Shown here: in pieces, positions 1 through 9,129 of the stretch
How the letters are laid out: each line of letters begins with the position of its first letter
Numbering within the stretch: position 1 is the first letter of the stretch
Assembly: GCA_025462885.1 (NCBI GenBank)
Contig: JAOAPN010000008.1
Location: forward strand, 210,953 to 274,952
Direction: 5' to 3'
Source of the DNA: Acidobacteriaceae bacterium
GTDB taxonomy: Bacteria; Acidobacteriota; Terriglobia; Terriglobales; Acidobacteriaceae
Length of the DNA stretch: 64,000 bases
Program-made: the position numbers and the translations under genes
The notes under the pieces: generated by a model
What the model was told of the DNA's origin: nothing
Database searches by the model: none
The model's input: only the letters and a program-made list of their open reading frames with translations

Positions 1-148
1 GCCGGTCCGCGAGAGTTTCGTGTTTTTCTCCTCCGGTCGATTGCAATCGTTCTCAAGCTGTTCGCAGTTCGATAATCGCCGCATCAAGCTCAGTTCTGGC
101 CGACTTCGCACAGGAGCTAGCCAGCACCAGGCCCTAACATTGGAAGGA

Positions 149-1654
149 ATGCCGCCTTTGTCTTTATCAGCAAACCAGCTCGACACCACGGTGCTCCTGC
201 CCCTCTGTGTTGATCTGGATGGCACCCTCGTGAAATCCGACACCCTCGTCGACTCCGCGCTGGCGCTCGCCCGGCATCATCCGGCGGATCTGCTGAATCT
301 GCTCGGCTGGCTGCTCCAGGGAAAGGCTGCTCTCAAGCGCCACATTACCTCCGCGGTGACCCTGGATGTGAGGCATCTGCCCTACAATCGTGAGCTTCTG
401 CAATATCTTGAGCAGCAGCACGCCACCGGTCGCCCGATTTACCTTGCCACTGCGGCAGATGCCGCGCTGGCCCATCGGGTTGCCGAGCATCTCGGCCTCT
501 TTAGCGGGGTTCTGGCGTCGGACGGCACCCTCAACCTCGCCGGAACCAATAAGTTAGCCGCATTCCGCGAAAAATTCGGGGACGAGTTCGCCTACATCGG
601 CAACGCGCTGCCTGACGCTCCACTGCTCGAACACTGCCGCCAGCCCATGGTCGCCAATTCGACGGCCGCTCTGCGCGCTGCGCTGCGCTCCGCCAAGGTG
701 ACGCCCGTGCGTGTCTTCAAGGAGCAGGTGTCGCCTATCAAGGCCTGGCCCAAGGCTCTGCGGATGCACCAGTGGGCCAAGAACGTTCTGATCTTTCTTC
801 CCCTGCTGCTGGCGCACGAGTGGTCCCGGGGTCTCATCGCCGGAGCGCTCGTGGCCTTTATCAGCTTTGGGCTTTGTGCCTCGGCGACTTATATCGTCAA
901 TGACCTGCTTGATCTTGATGCCGATCGCCAGCACCCCCGCAAGCGCCGTCGTCCCTTCGCCTCGGGAGACCTGTCAGCTATCGCGGGTGTCGCAGTTGTC
1001 TTCCTTTTTCTGGCGCTCGCGGCAGTTCTGGCTGTCGCCGTTCCCTACGTGGTTCGAGCCGTTTCGCCGTCCCAGGTCCTGACCTCACCGTTCCAGATCA
1101 ATTTTCTGGGTTGGCTGGTGGTCTACCTGATCACGACCCTGGCGTACTCGCTCCGCTTAAAACGTGCCGTTCTGGTCGACGTGATTGTGCTCTCCGGCCT
1201 GTACACGATTCGGATTCTCGCCGGATCGGCTGCGACGGGAGTCGTCGTCTCGACCTGGCTGGCCGGCTTCAGCATCTTCTTCTTCCTGTCGCTGGCCTTC
1301 GTCAAGCGCTTCGCCGAGCTCGAAAGCCTCCGCGAGCGCGGCGGCGACTCGCCCAGCGGACGCGGCTACCATGTCGCTGATATTGAGCAACTCCGCAGCT
1401 TCGGCACGGCCGCCGGATACGCGTCGGTCGTCGTCCTCACCCTCTATATCTCCAACCTCAATGCCGCCCAGCTCTATCACCACACCAACCGCCTTTGGCT
1501 CCTGGTACCGATCCTCCTGCTCTGGCTGAGCAGACTGTGGCTCCTGGCATCCCGCGGACAACTCGACGAGGATCCAGTCGTGTATGCCATCACGGATAAG
1601 CGCTCTCTTCTTCTTGGCCTGTTGGTGGTGGTTGTGGTCCTCATTTCGCTGTAA
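149..1654 (+). CDS. HAD-like phosphatase domain fused to a UbiA-family polyprenyl-phosphate phosphoribosyltransferase-like membrane protein
   Basis: ORF is open from GTG 20; ATG 149 is preceded by GGAAGG. N-terminus has DLDGTLVKSD (HAD motif I). C-terminal multi-TM part has NDLLDLDADRQHPRKRRRPFASG (UbiA NDxxDxxxD plus RPxxSG, as in decaprenyl-phosphate phosphoribosyltransferase-type enzymes). Confidence 0.8.
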   Translation: MPPLSLSANQLDTTVLLPLCVDLDGTLVKSDTLVDSALALARHHPADLLNLLGWLLQGKAALKRHITSAVTLDVRHLPYNRELLQYLEQQHATGRPIYLATAADAALAHRVAEHLGLFSGVLASDGTLNLAGTNKLAAFREKFGDEFAYIGNALPDAPLLEHCRQPMVANSTAALRAALRSAKVTPVRVFKEQVSPIKAWPKALRMHQWAKNVLIFLPLLLAHEWSRGLIAGALVAFISFGLCASATYIVNDLLDLDADRQHPRKRRRPFASGDLSAIAGVAVVFLFLALAAVLAVAVPYVVRAVSPSQVLTSPFQINFLGWLVVYLITTLAYSLRLKRAVLVDVIVLSGLYTIRILAGSAATGVVVSTWLAGFSIFFFLSLAFVKRFAELESLRERGGDSPSGRGYHVADIEQLRSFGTAAGYASVVVLTLYISNLNAAQLYHHTNRLWLLVPILLLWLSRLWLLASRGQLDEDPVVYAITDKRSLLLGLLVVVVVLISL

Positions 1655-1749
1655 CTCACGCGAATGTCACTGCAGCATGAAACCGTCACAACAATTGGGC
1701 CTCCGCACGCTTACCGATCGACTCATTTACTCTTAAAGCACAAGCCATC

Positions 1750-2847
1750 ATGAACGAAGCCATTCCCCAACTCGTCAACTACGATGAACCGTCCCTTGAA
1801 GCCGCCTTCGCCACCCTCGCCGAAGAGGTCCGCGCTGCTGACACCACTGACCCCGAGGCCTTTCGCCTCCACTGGCTGGGCCGGAAACAAGGGCGCCTTA
1901 AGCTCGTCAGCGAGGCCTGGCTGAAGTCCGCTCCTGCCGAAGCCCGCAAGCCCCTTGGGATACGTTTCAATCAGCTCAAGCAGCAGATTGAAGCCGCTCT
2001 CGAAGCTCCTGCCGCCAAGCCCGCTGTTGCAGCTGTGCAGGGAATCGATATCTCCCTCCCCGGCACGTTCCGCGCTCCTGGAATCCCGCATCCGCTTCTC
2101 AAGACCATGCAGGAGATCGTCGCGGTCTTCCACCATCTCGGATACTCCACCAATCTTGGTCCGCAGGTTGAGTCCGACTTCTATAACTTTGAGGCGTTGA
2201 ATTTCCCCCCGAACCACCCTGCGCGCGATACCCAGGACACCCTGGTGATCGCGAACCAGCAGACCCGTCCCTCGCGCGACCGGCTGCTGATGCGGACTCA
2301 CACCAGCCCGGTCCAGATTCGCACCATGATCGAGCAGGGTCCGCCGGTTCGCATCGTGATTCCGGGCAAGGTCCACCGCAACGACGCCGCCGACGCCACC
2401 CACTCGCCGATCTTCCATCAGGTCGAAGGGCTCTGCGTCGATACGAATATCACCTTCTCGGACCTCAAGGGCACGCTGGATCACGCCATGAAGGCGCTCT
2501 TCGGCAGCGACGTGAAGACGCGTTTCTTCCCCAGCTTCTTCCCCTTCACGGAGCCCAGCGCGGACGTCCAGATCTCCTGTATCTTCTGCGGTGGCAAGGG
2601 TTGCCGTAAGTGCAAGCACTCCGGCTGGATCGAGTTGCTGGGCTGCGGCATGGTCGATCCGGCGGTCTTCGCCGCAGTCGATGAGCAGCGCATCGCCCAG
2701 GGCAAGGAGCCCGCCTACAGCCCCGAAAAAATCACCGGCTTCGCCTTTGGCATGGGCGTTGAACGGATCGCCATGATCCAGCACGGCATCTCGGATATCG
2801 GCCATTTTTACTCTGGCGACATGCGCTTTCTGGAGCAGTTTGCATAA
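1750..2847 (+). CDS. pheS: phenylalanine--tRNA ligase alpha subunit
   Basis: Class II aaRS motifs FPPNHPARDTQDT, FFPFTEPSADV, GFAFGMGVERIAM; ATG at 1750. Confidence 0.97.
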   Translation: MNEAIPQLVNYDEPSLEAAFATLAEEVRAADTTDPEAFRLHWLGRKQGRLKLVSEAWLKSAPAEARKPLGIRFNQLKQQIEAALEAPAAKPAVAAVQGIDISLPGTFRAPGIPHPLLKTMQEIVAVFHHLGYSTNLGPQVESDFYNFEALNFPPNHPARDTQDTLVIANQQTRPSRDRLLMRTHTSPVQIRTMIEQGPPVRIVIPGKVHRNDAADATHSPIFHQVEGLCVDTNITFSDLKGTLDHAMKALFGSDVKTRFFPSFFPFTEPSADVQISCIFCGGKGCRKCKHSGWIELLGCGMVDPAVFAAVDEQRIAQGKEPAYSPEKITGFAFGMGVERIAMIQHGISDIGHFYSGDMRFLEQFA

Positions 2848-2906
2848 GATCTAAGCGCTTTAGGAAGTTTATGATTATTTCGTAAACCTGCTAAACTCGA
2901 TAGAAC

Positions 2907-4088
2907 ATGAACGCTATCAGCAACCCGTATGCTCCCGGAGCTGGCTCTCCTCCTCCCGAACTCGCTGGCCGCGACAAGCTTCTGAGCGATGTTGCCCTTG
3001 CGATCGCTCGCATACGCCAAGGGCGAGCAGCAAAAAGCCTTCTGCTGGTCGGCCTGCGGGGTGTTGGAAAGACCGTGCTTTTGGACCATATGCGAGCGGA
3101 CGCCGAAGCTGCAGGCATCTATACCGTTCGGATTGAAGCGCCGGAAAATCGCTCCCTCCCTGCCATCCTGGCTCCTCAACTTCGACTGGTTCTGCACCGA
3201 CTCAGCCGCGTAGAAAACGCTAAAGATCTTGCCCAACGAGGTCTTCGTGCACTGGCCGGCTTCGCTAAAGGGCTCAAGCTCAAGTACCACGACATTGAGG
3301 TCGGCCTCGACCTCGATCCTGAGGTTGGTCTTGCGGACAATGGCGACCTTGAGAATGACCTCGCTGCCCTGTTCGAGCAGGTTGGCAGTGCGGCCAGGAA
3401 CGCCGACACTGCCGTCGTCCTATTCATCGACGAGCTGCAGTATCTCCCGCAGGATCAGTTCGCGGCACTCATCTCTGCGTTGCATCGATGCGCTCAGGGG
3501 AAACTTCCGCTTACGGTCGTAGGTGCTGGATTGCCCCAACTGCGCGCTCTTGCCGGAGACGCAAAATCCTACGCGGAACGGCTCTTCGAGTTTCCGATGA
3601 TCGGCCCCCTTGATCGCCCGGAGGCGGAACTGGCTATCGTCAAACCCGCCCAACAGGAAGGCGCCGACTACACCCCTGAGGCGGTCGATGAGATTCTGAC
3701 CCAGACCCAGGGCTATCCTTATTTTCTCCAGGAGTGGGGGAAGCACTCCTGGAATGTCGCCCCCACGACGCCTATCACCCTCCCCGACGTGCGTGCCGCA
3801 TCCGCGGAGGCGATTGCCACACTCGATGAGAGCTTCTTCCGGGTTCGCTTTGACAGGCTCACCCCCAATGAAAAATCTTACCTTCGCGGCATGGCGGAAC
3901 TTGGCCCCGGTCCTCACCGTTCCGGCGATATCGCCACCGCGCTTACCAAGCCCGGCAACTCCCTTGGCCCCGTACGGCAGTCTCTGATCAATAAAGGAAT
4001 GATCTGGAGCCCGAGCTACGGAGATACCGCTTTTACCGTTCCACTCTTTGACGAGTTCATGAAGCGAATCATGCCCGAGCCTGTGTGA
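2907..4088 (+). CDS. AAA+ / STAND-like ATP-binding protein (ORC/Cdc6-type ATPase with C-terminal winged-helix-like region)
   Basis: Walker A GLRGVGKTVLL, Walker B VVLFIDELQYL, C-terminal LTPNEKSYLRGMAELG helix-turn-helix-like segment. Flanked by AT-rich 59-nt and 99-nt spacers. Confidence 0.75.
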   Translation: MNAISNPYAPGAGSPPPELAGRDKLLSDVALAIARIRQGRAAKSLLLVGLRGVGKTVLLDHMRADAEAAGIYTVRIEAPENRSLPAILAPQLRLVLHRLSRVENAKDLAQRGLRALAGFAKGLKLKYHDIEVGLDLDPEVGLADNGDLENDLAALFEQVGSAARNADTAVVLFIDELQYLPQDQFAALISALHRCAQGKLPLTVVGAGLPQLRALAGDAKSYAERLFEFPMIGPLDRPEAELAIVKPAQQEGADYTPEAVDEILTQTQGYPYFLQEWGKHSWNVAPTTPITLPDVRAASAEAIATLDESFFRVRFDRLTPNEKSYLRGMAELGPGPHRSGDIATALTKPGNSLGPVRQSLINKGMIWSPSYGDTAFTVPLFDEFMKRIMPEPV

Positions 4089-4187
4089 CCTGACGCGATT
4101 GGCCGGCCTTACGAAATCATGACCATTCCATCTCAGCCAGTACAACTCGATTCGCCGGCCCTATCAAGTTAGACTTAAGACGAACCC

Positions 4188-6386
4188 ATGAAGATCCTGA
4201 CCGCGTGGCTCCGCCACTACCTGCCTGCCCTTCCCGTCGATGACCTCCAACTCGCCGAAGACCTCACCCTGCGCGGCATCGCCGTCGAAGGGGTCCACCC
4301 CCTCAGCCAGGGGCACCTCTTCGAGATGGACATCACCACCAATCGCGTCGACGCGATGAACCACTACGGCATCGCCCGCGAGGCGGCGACGATTTATAAC
4401 CTGCCCCTGGTACCGCTCGGGGCAAACATCGCCGCGATTCCGACCATTGCACCGTTTCCGGTCCGTATCGATTCCTCCGCCGAAACGCTGTGCGGCCGTT
4501 TTACCGCGCAGGTACTGCGCAACGTGACGATCGCGCCGAGCGACGGGTTGATTGCGGATTTCTTTGCTCTTCTCGGTCAGAAGCAGATCTCGAACGCCGT
4601 CGATGCCAGCAACTTCACGCTGCTTGGGATGGGCCACCCGACCCACGCCTTCGACCTCGACAAGCTGGAAGGCGGCATCGTCGTGCGCCTCGCTTACAAG
4701 GGCGAGAAGCTCAAGCTGCTCGACGGTACGGAGCGCACGCTCGAGGCCGATGACCTCGTCGTGGCCGATGAGAAGAAGGCCGTTGGCCTGGCCGGAGTGA
4801 TGGGCGGCTGGGATTCCATGATTACCCCGGAGACTCGCAATATCCTGGTTGAAGCGGCGTGGTTCGATCCTGCGAGCATTCGCCGGAGCAGCCGCCGGCA
4901 CCTGCTCCACACAGATGCCTCGCACCGCTTTGAGCGTGGAGCGGACTTCAATGCCTGCCCGACCGCTAATGCTCTCGTCTCGCAGCTTATTTTGACCGCA
5001 GGAGGCCATGCGGAAGGCGCTCTGATTGACATCACCCAGCCTGCGATTGCTGCGAAGACCTCCGCTCGCTCGGGAATTGCGCTGTCCGTGCAACAGGTCC
5101 AGCGCCATCTCGGCACGACGCTCGACGACGCGGAGGGCGAGTCTGCCCTCACCTCTGAGCTAGTCCAGCAATATCTCACCGCGCTGGGCTGCACCCTTGC
5201 CTCGGCCGACCAGCCCACCGAAGCGGAAGCGCTCACTGCGCTGAACGAAGATCCGCAAATTGGCGGCCCGTCTGCTGTTGCCTCGCACATTTCCGAGACC
5301 GATTCGCCCGATAGCTTCCACGTCCAGCTTCCGTCGTGGCGTCTCGATCTGGAGCGCGAGATCGACCTGATCGAGGAGATTGCGCGGGTGTATGGCTACA
5401 ACCACTTCGCCAACACGCTTCCGACGCCCGGCATTGTCATTGCGCATCCGACTGCTGCGGCTGAGGCTGCCGTTCGCACCCGGCTGCTCGCGCTGGGCTT
5501 CTCGGAGGCCATCTCGAGCACCTTTGCCAGCCAGTCCGACAGCGATCTTTTCTACGCTCCGGCCGCACCGGGGCAGGGGACCATTGCGATGGAGAATCCG
5601 CTGTCGGAGGAGGCCTCGTTGCTGCGTCCGACGCTAATTCCCGGCATGGTTGCCATGCTCAGCAATAACCTCAACCGCGACGTCAAAGAGGTCCGGCTCT
5701 TCGAGCAGGGTCACACCTTCACGGGTTCGACCGCCGCGGTGACGGAGTCGGCCCAGCTTTCGCTTGGTTTGACGACCGGAACACCGCAGGCCACCGCGCC
5801 TCACAGCGCTGCGGATGCGCCGATCTTCGAACTGAAGGGTGCGATCGAGTCCCTCGTCTCGCTCTTCACGCTGCCGGGCGGTCCTGCGGCGCTTACGTTC
5901 TCGACCGAGTCCACTCCTGCGTGGCTGCAGCAGGGAAGAGCTGCCACCGCGATGCTGAACAACGTCGCTCTCGGATACTTCGGCGAACTGACCCAGGCCG
6001 AGACGCAGAAGCGCAAGCTGCGCCAGCCGATCTTTCTGGCCCAGCTTGACCTGACCGCTCTGTACGCGTTGCCGCTCAAGCGCGTCACGGCGCGGGATCT
6101 GTCCCGTTTCCAGGCGGTCGAGCGTGACTTCTCCTTCGTCTTCCCGGACTCCATTCAGTGGCACACCGTCACCTCTGCGATTCAGGCTCTGGCGATCCTT
6201 GAACTGCAGAGCCTCGCACCTATCGAGGTGTGGCGCGACAAGAAAAAGTATCCCGGAGTCTACTCGCTGCTGGTCCGCACGGTCTTCCAGTCCCACCACC
6301 GTACCCTCCGCGAGGAGGAGCTGACCCAGTGGCACTCCCAGATTATTGCGGCTCTTACTCAACTCGGCGGAACCATTCGCGCCTAG
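4188..6386 (+). CDS. pheT: phenylalanine--tRNA ligase beta subunit (lacks the OB-fold tRNA-binding domain)
   Basis: MKILTAWLRHYLP N-terminus, TTNRVDAMNHYGIAREAA, B5-domain LPSWRLDLEREIDLIEEIARVYGYN, C-terminal RDFSFVFP (FDX-ACB-like). Confidence 0.95.
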   Translation: MKILTAWLRHYLPALPVDDLQLAEDLTLRGIAVEGVHPLSQGHLFEMDITTNRVDAMNHYGIAREAATIYNLPLVPLGANIAAIPTIAPFPVRIDSSAETLCGRFTAQVLRNVTIAPSDGLIADFFALLGQKQISNAVDASNFTLLGMGHPTHAFDLDKLEGGIVVRLAYKGEKLKLLDGTERTLEADDLVVADEKKAVGLAGVMGGWDSMITPETRNILVEAAWFDPASIRRSSRRHLLHTDASHRFERGADFNACPTANALVSQLILTAGGHAEGALIDITQPAIAAKTSARSGIALSVQQVQRHLGTTLDDAEGESALTSELVQQYLTALGCTLASADQPTEAEALTALNEDPQIGGPSAVASHISETDSPDSFHVQLPSWRLDLEREIDLIEEIARVYGYNHFANTLPTPGIVIAHPTAAAEAAVRTRLLALGFSEAISSTFASQSDSDLFYAPAAPGQGTIAMENPLSEEASLLRPTLIPGMVAMLSNNLNRDVKEVRLFEQGHTFTGSTAAVTESAQLSLGLTTGTPQATAPHSAADAPIFELKGAIESLVSLFTLPGGPAALTFSTESTPAWLQQGRAATAMLNNVALGYFGELTQAETQKRKLRQPIFLAQLDLTALYALPLKRVTARDLSRFQAVERDFSFVFPDSIQWHTVTSAIQALAILELQSLAPIEVWRDKKKYPGVYSLLVRTVFQSHHRTLREEELTQWHSQIIAALTQLGGTIRA

Positions 6387-6412
6387 CTGGGCAAAGGGAA
6401 AATCCCAGCTTT
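6385..6412. terminator. weak hairpin between convergent pheT and the VOC gene
   Basis: AGCTGGG / CCCAGCT 7-bp stem, 12-nt loop, followed by TTT. Confidence 0.35.
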
Positions 6413-6427
6413 AGCTGAGGCGGGCCG

Positions 6428-6787
6428 TTATTCCTGAAACGTGATGCAAACGCCGTTCGGGTCGATTGCGGCGAACTCCGTCGTACCCCATGGCTTGGTC
6501 TGTAGAGGCCCGTTTGGATGGACGACTCCGCCTCGCTGTTTAAACTCGGCATAGAAGTGCGCGATCCCATCAACGCGGATGCGCACCATGGTCTGCTCGC
6601 CTATGGTTCGAGCCAGGTTCTCTTCGGTGATTCCGACCAGATGCAGTTGTGTTCCGTCGCGTTCGATACCCACATAGGTAGGCGGGGTCGCGTCGCGAAA
6701 CGTCTCCGTAAATCCGCACATCGTGACCCACCATTGCAAGGAGGCTGCGGCATCGTAGGCAGGCAGCACCGGAATTGCGGCTCTCAT
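6428..6787 (-). CDS. VOC-family protein (glyoxalase / bleomycin-resistance-like)
   Basis: MRAAIPVLPAYDAAASLQWW resembles bleomycin-resistance-protein N-termini. ATG at 6787 (alternative at 6805). Single ~120-aa beta-alpha-beta-beta-beta type domain. Confidence 0.7.
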   Translation of the reverse strand: MRAAIPVLPAYDAAASLQWWVTMCGFTETFRDATPPTYVGIERDGTQLHLVGITEENLARTIGEQTMVRIRVDGIAHFYAEFKQRGGVVHPNGPLQTKPWGTTEFAAIDPNGVCITFQE

Positions 6788-6958
6788 CTTCGGTTTCGGT
6801 TCCATCTTCGGTTCGGCTCCATCGGAATTCTATCGAGACAGGGTAAACGATTGAGCCGCTCCGAGCACTTTTGCAAAGCGCAAGCACGCACCAGACGAGG
6901 TTCCACACAGCATTCCCTCCGGAATTCCACGTCCCTCGCATCTATACTTCTTATAGTT

Positions 6959-7216
6959 ATGAGTACATCCCCTATTACCGTCGACGAGTTTCAGGCGCTG
7001 GAGCAGAAGGTGCTTCGTGCCATCGATATCGTCAAGCGCGAGCGTGAAGCCCGCACTGTCGCCGAGGCTGAAGTAGAAAACCTCCGCGCCCAGCTTGCCT
7101 CGCAGCAGGAGATTCAGATCTCCAACGAGAGTCAGCTCACCACCCTCAATCAGGAACGCGACGCAGTTCGTCAGCGCGTCGAAAAGATGTTGCATCAGAT
7201 AGACGAACTCCTCTAG
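6959..7216 (+). CDS. ZapB-like coiled-coil cell-division protein
   Basis: 85-aa ORF; only the 3' part of track ORF 6518..7216 is plausible. FQALEQKVLRAIDIV resembles E. coli ZapB FEKLEAKVQQAID. Heptad-rich. Sits directly upstream of zapA. Confidence 0.6.
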   Translation: MSTSPITVDEFQALEQKVLRAIDIVKREREARTVAEAEVENLRAQLASQQEIQISNESQLTTLNQERDAVRQRVEKMLHQIDELL

Positions 7217-7282
7217 CGCTTGCCGAGGAGTTCACCAAGGGGCCACAGAAGCACCCAGGGAATTCCGAAGGAGCGTGTCACG

Positions 7283-7696
7283 ATGGAAGAGATTCAATCG
7301 CCCGAGGCAGGAATATCGCCTGACGCAGTAACGCAGTCACAAGAAAATCCGGAAGCCATGCCGCCCGTCCAACCCGAAGCAACTCCGCAGTCCGTCAGCG
7401 TCGACATCTACGACCAGATCTATCACCTGCGTGGGACCGACCCTGCGTATATCGAGTCCCTCGCTCGCTCCGTCGATGCGAAAATGCGTGCCGTTTCGGC
7501 GCACGGCGGCACGGTCGACTCGCTCCGCGTGGCGGTGCTTGCGGCACTCAATATTGCGGATGAACTGGCCACGCTGCGCCAGCGGTACGACTCCCTGGCG
7601 GGAAGCGTCTCGCAGTCGCAGAGCTCGCTGCGTTCTCGCGCCGGCTCTATCGCCGGGATGCTGGACGAAGTGCTCGACGAGCGCAAGGTCGGCTGA
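7283..7696 (+). CDS. zapA: cell division protein ZapA
   Basis: ZapA core VDIYDQIYHLRG ... SLRVAVLAALNIADEL; ATG 7283 preceded by GAAGGAG. Confidence 0.8.
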   Translation: MEEIQSPEAGISPDAVTQSQENPEAMPPVQPEATPQSVSVDIYDQIYHLRGTDPAYIESLARSVDAKMRAVSAHGGTVDSLRVAVLAALNIADELATLRQRYDSLAGSVSQSQSSLRSRAGSIAGMLDEVLDERKVG

Positions 7697-7816
7697 TCGG
7701 TTCAGCGCGAACCGCTGCTGTCGAAGATTCCCCTGCCATCAAGAATTAGCTTGAACTTCCTGGATCGCAAGAGGACCATTGGGGTCTCCCGAATGACCTG
7801 TCGCCCTGGAGTTCCT

Positions 7817-8866
7817 ATGATTCGTTCCGCCCTATTCGTCTTGTGCCTCAGCGGTGCGTTTCTATGCCCTGGGGCTCTCTCCGAGACGCCTGTCTCGACT
7901 TACCAGTCCAATCCCAAGTACCAGGCAGCCATGGCCGAAGCGAAGACCATATTTGCCCAGCGGCGCTTCAGCTTCGCCAAAGATGCTTATAAGAAGGCCA
8001 GCAAAGAGGCGGCCGGACAGGATCCCGTCTCGCTCAAGGGTCTCTACGACGCCGAACTGGGCCTGGGAGACTATAAAGACGCCGCAGCCAGTGCCTCTCA
8101 ACTGGAGGCCATTGCAGGGACGCCACTCTCCAAGGCGTCGGCTGAGATCGACCACGGCTTCGCCCTGGTGCTGCAGGCCGGCGAAAAAGGCAAACCCGAT
8201 CTGCTGCATGCGGCGGACGAAGCATTCAAGGCCGCCATCGCCAATGAGCCTAAAAGTGGAACCGCACATTACTACGACGGCCAGGTCTTGGCCCGGCTCG
8301 GTCAGATTGAGGCGTCGGCGGTGGAGTTCAAGCAATGCATCGCCTGCATCTCTCCCGGCGACCCGAGCTACCTGCGGGCGCAACGCTTCGCGGCTAACCC
8401 TGCCCTCTCCACGGCGAAGATGGCTCCTGCCTTCCAGGTGGTGGCGCTGGACGGCTCGCGCTTTAATCTGGATGCCATGGGCGGCCGCGTCGTTCTGATC
8501 GACTTCTGGGCTACCTGGTGCGGGCCGTGTAAGGAAGAGCTTCCGCATATGAAGAAGATTGCCAAAGAGTTCGCCGGACAGCCGCTGGTGGTGATCAGCG
8601 TGAGCTGGGACGCGGACGAGACCAAGTGGAAGAGCTTCATCGAAAAGAATGAGATGACCTGGGTGCAGTATCGCGACGCGGACCACAAGCTCAGCAAGAA
8701 CTTTGGAGTGGACGCGATTCCGCACTACTTCACGATCGACTCGGACGGCGTGCTGACGGCCGAGATGCTGGGCTCCGGCTCCGACGTTGAAGGCAAGCTT
8801 AGGAAGCTGGTTGCGAAGGCCAAAGCTCATGCGGCGCAGCCGTCTCTGACAGCGACCGGCAACTGA
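7817..8866 (+). CDS. exported TPR-repeat / TlpA-like thiol-disulfide oxidoreductase
   Basis: Signal peptide MIRSALFVLCLSGAFLC, helical TPR-like middle region, C-terminal thioredoxin fold with FWATWCGPC. Confidence 0.85.
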   Translation: MIRSALFVLCLSGAFLCPGALSETPVSTYQSNPKYQAAMAEAKTIFAQRRFSFAKDAYKKASKEAAGQDPVSLKGLYDAELGLGDYKDAAASASQLEAIAGTPLSKASAEIDHGFALVLQAGEKGKPDLLHAADEAFKAAIANEPKSGTAHYYDGQVLARLGQIEASAVEFKQCIACISPGDPSYLRAQRFAANPALSTAKMAPAFQVVALDGSRFNLDAMGGRVVLIDFWATWCGPCKEELPHMKKIAKEFAGQPLVVISVSWDADETKWKSFIEKNEMTWVQYRDADHKLSKNFGVDAIPHYFTIDSDGVLTAEMLGSGSDVEGKLRKLVAKAKAHAAQPSLTATGN

Positions 8867-8978
8867 AATCGGCCAACATCCATACCATCAAAGAGATATC
8901 CTCAGCCTCGCCCGGGACGGCTTGCCATTCCATCCCGGGCCGGGTAGCATCCATTCAAGTAACCGGCCTGCAAAGCAG

Positions 8979-9129
8979 GTGCGCGACCCACGCAGGTTGA
9001 ACCAATATTCATTGAACAGGGACCTAGCTCGTATACATGGCTCGGTGTGCAGTCCTCCAGTCAGGAACGCCTAAAGAGCCACGGCGAGGTCCCGCCGTCT
9101 TAGACGGGTTCACCTGCGACTCGACGCAC
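8979..9129. other. interrupted long-range helix enclosing ~100 nt (candidate structured RNA or inverted-repeat element)
   Basis: 8979..9003 pairs with 9107..9129: 7 bp (one bulge), an internal loop, then 12 bp (one bulge). Internal hairpin ACGGCG-AGGTCC-CGCCGT at 9081..9098. Strand not determinable. Confidence 0.25.

Noticed and set aside
1655-1749. T-box or leader-peptide attenuator upstream of pheS.
   Set aside because: The 95-nt leader is too short for a T-box and has no T-box consensus, no Phe-rich mini-ORF, and no terminator/antiterminator pair that I could see.
2893-4152. An 8-bp direct repeat AACTCGAT on both sides of the AAA+ ATPase gene (near 2896 and 4144), as a possible target-site duplication of a mobile insertion.
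   Set aside because: It is a short repeat that could arise by chance. No inverted repeats, integrase, transposase or tRNA attachment site are present. It is mentioned only as weak context for the pheS/pheT insertion finding.
6518-7216. 232-aa ORF spanning the VOC gene (antisense) and the ZapB-like gene.
   Set aside because: Only the last 85 codons (from ATG 6959) look like a real protein. The upstream part is antisense to a recognisable VOC gene and crosses the intergenic region.
7697-7816. Possible 6S RNA (ssrS) downstream of zapA, by analogy with the zapA-ssrS arrangement in E. coli.
   Set aside because: Only about 120 nt are available before the next start codon, too short for a ~180-nt 6S RNA. 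I saw no long closing stem with a central bubble, only a weak 6-bp hairpin at 7698..7714.
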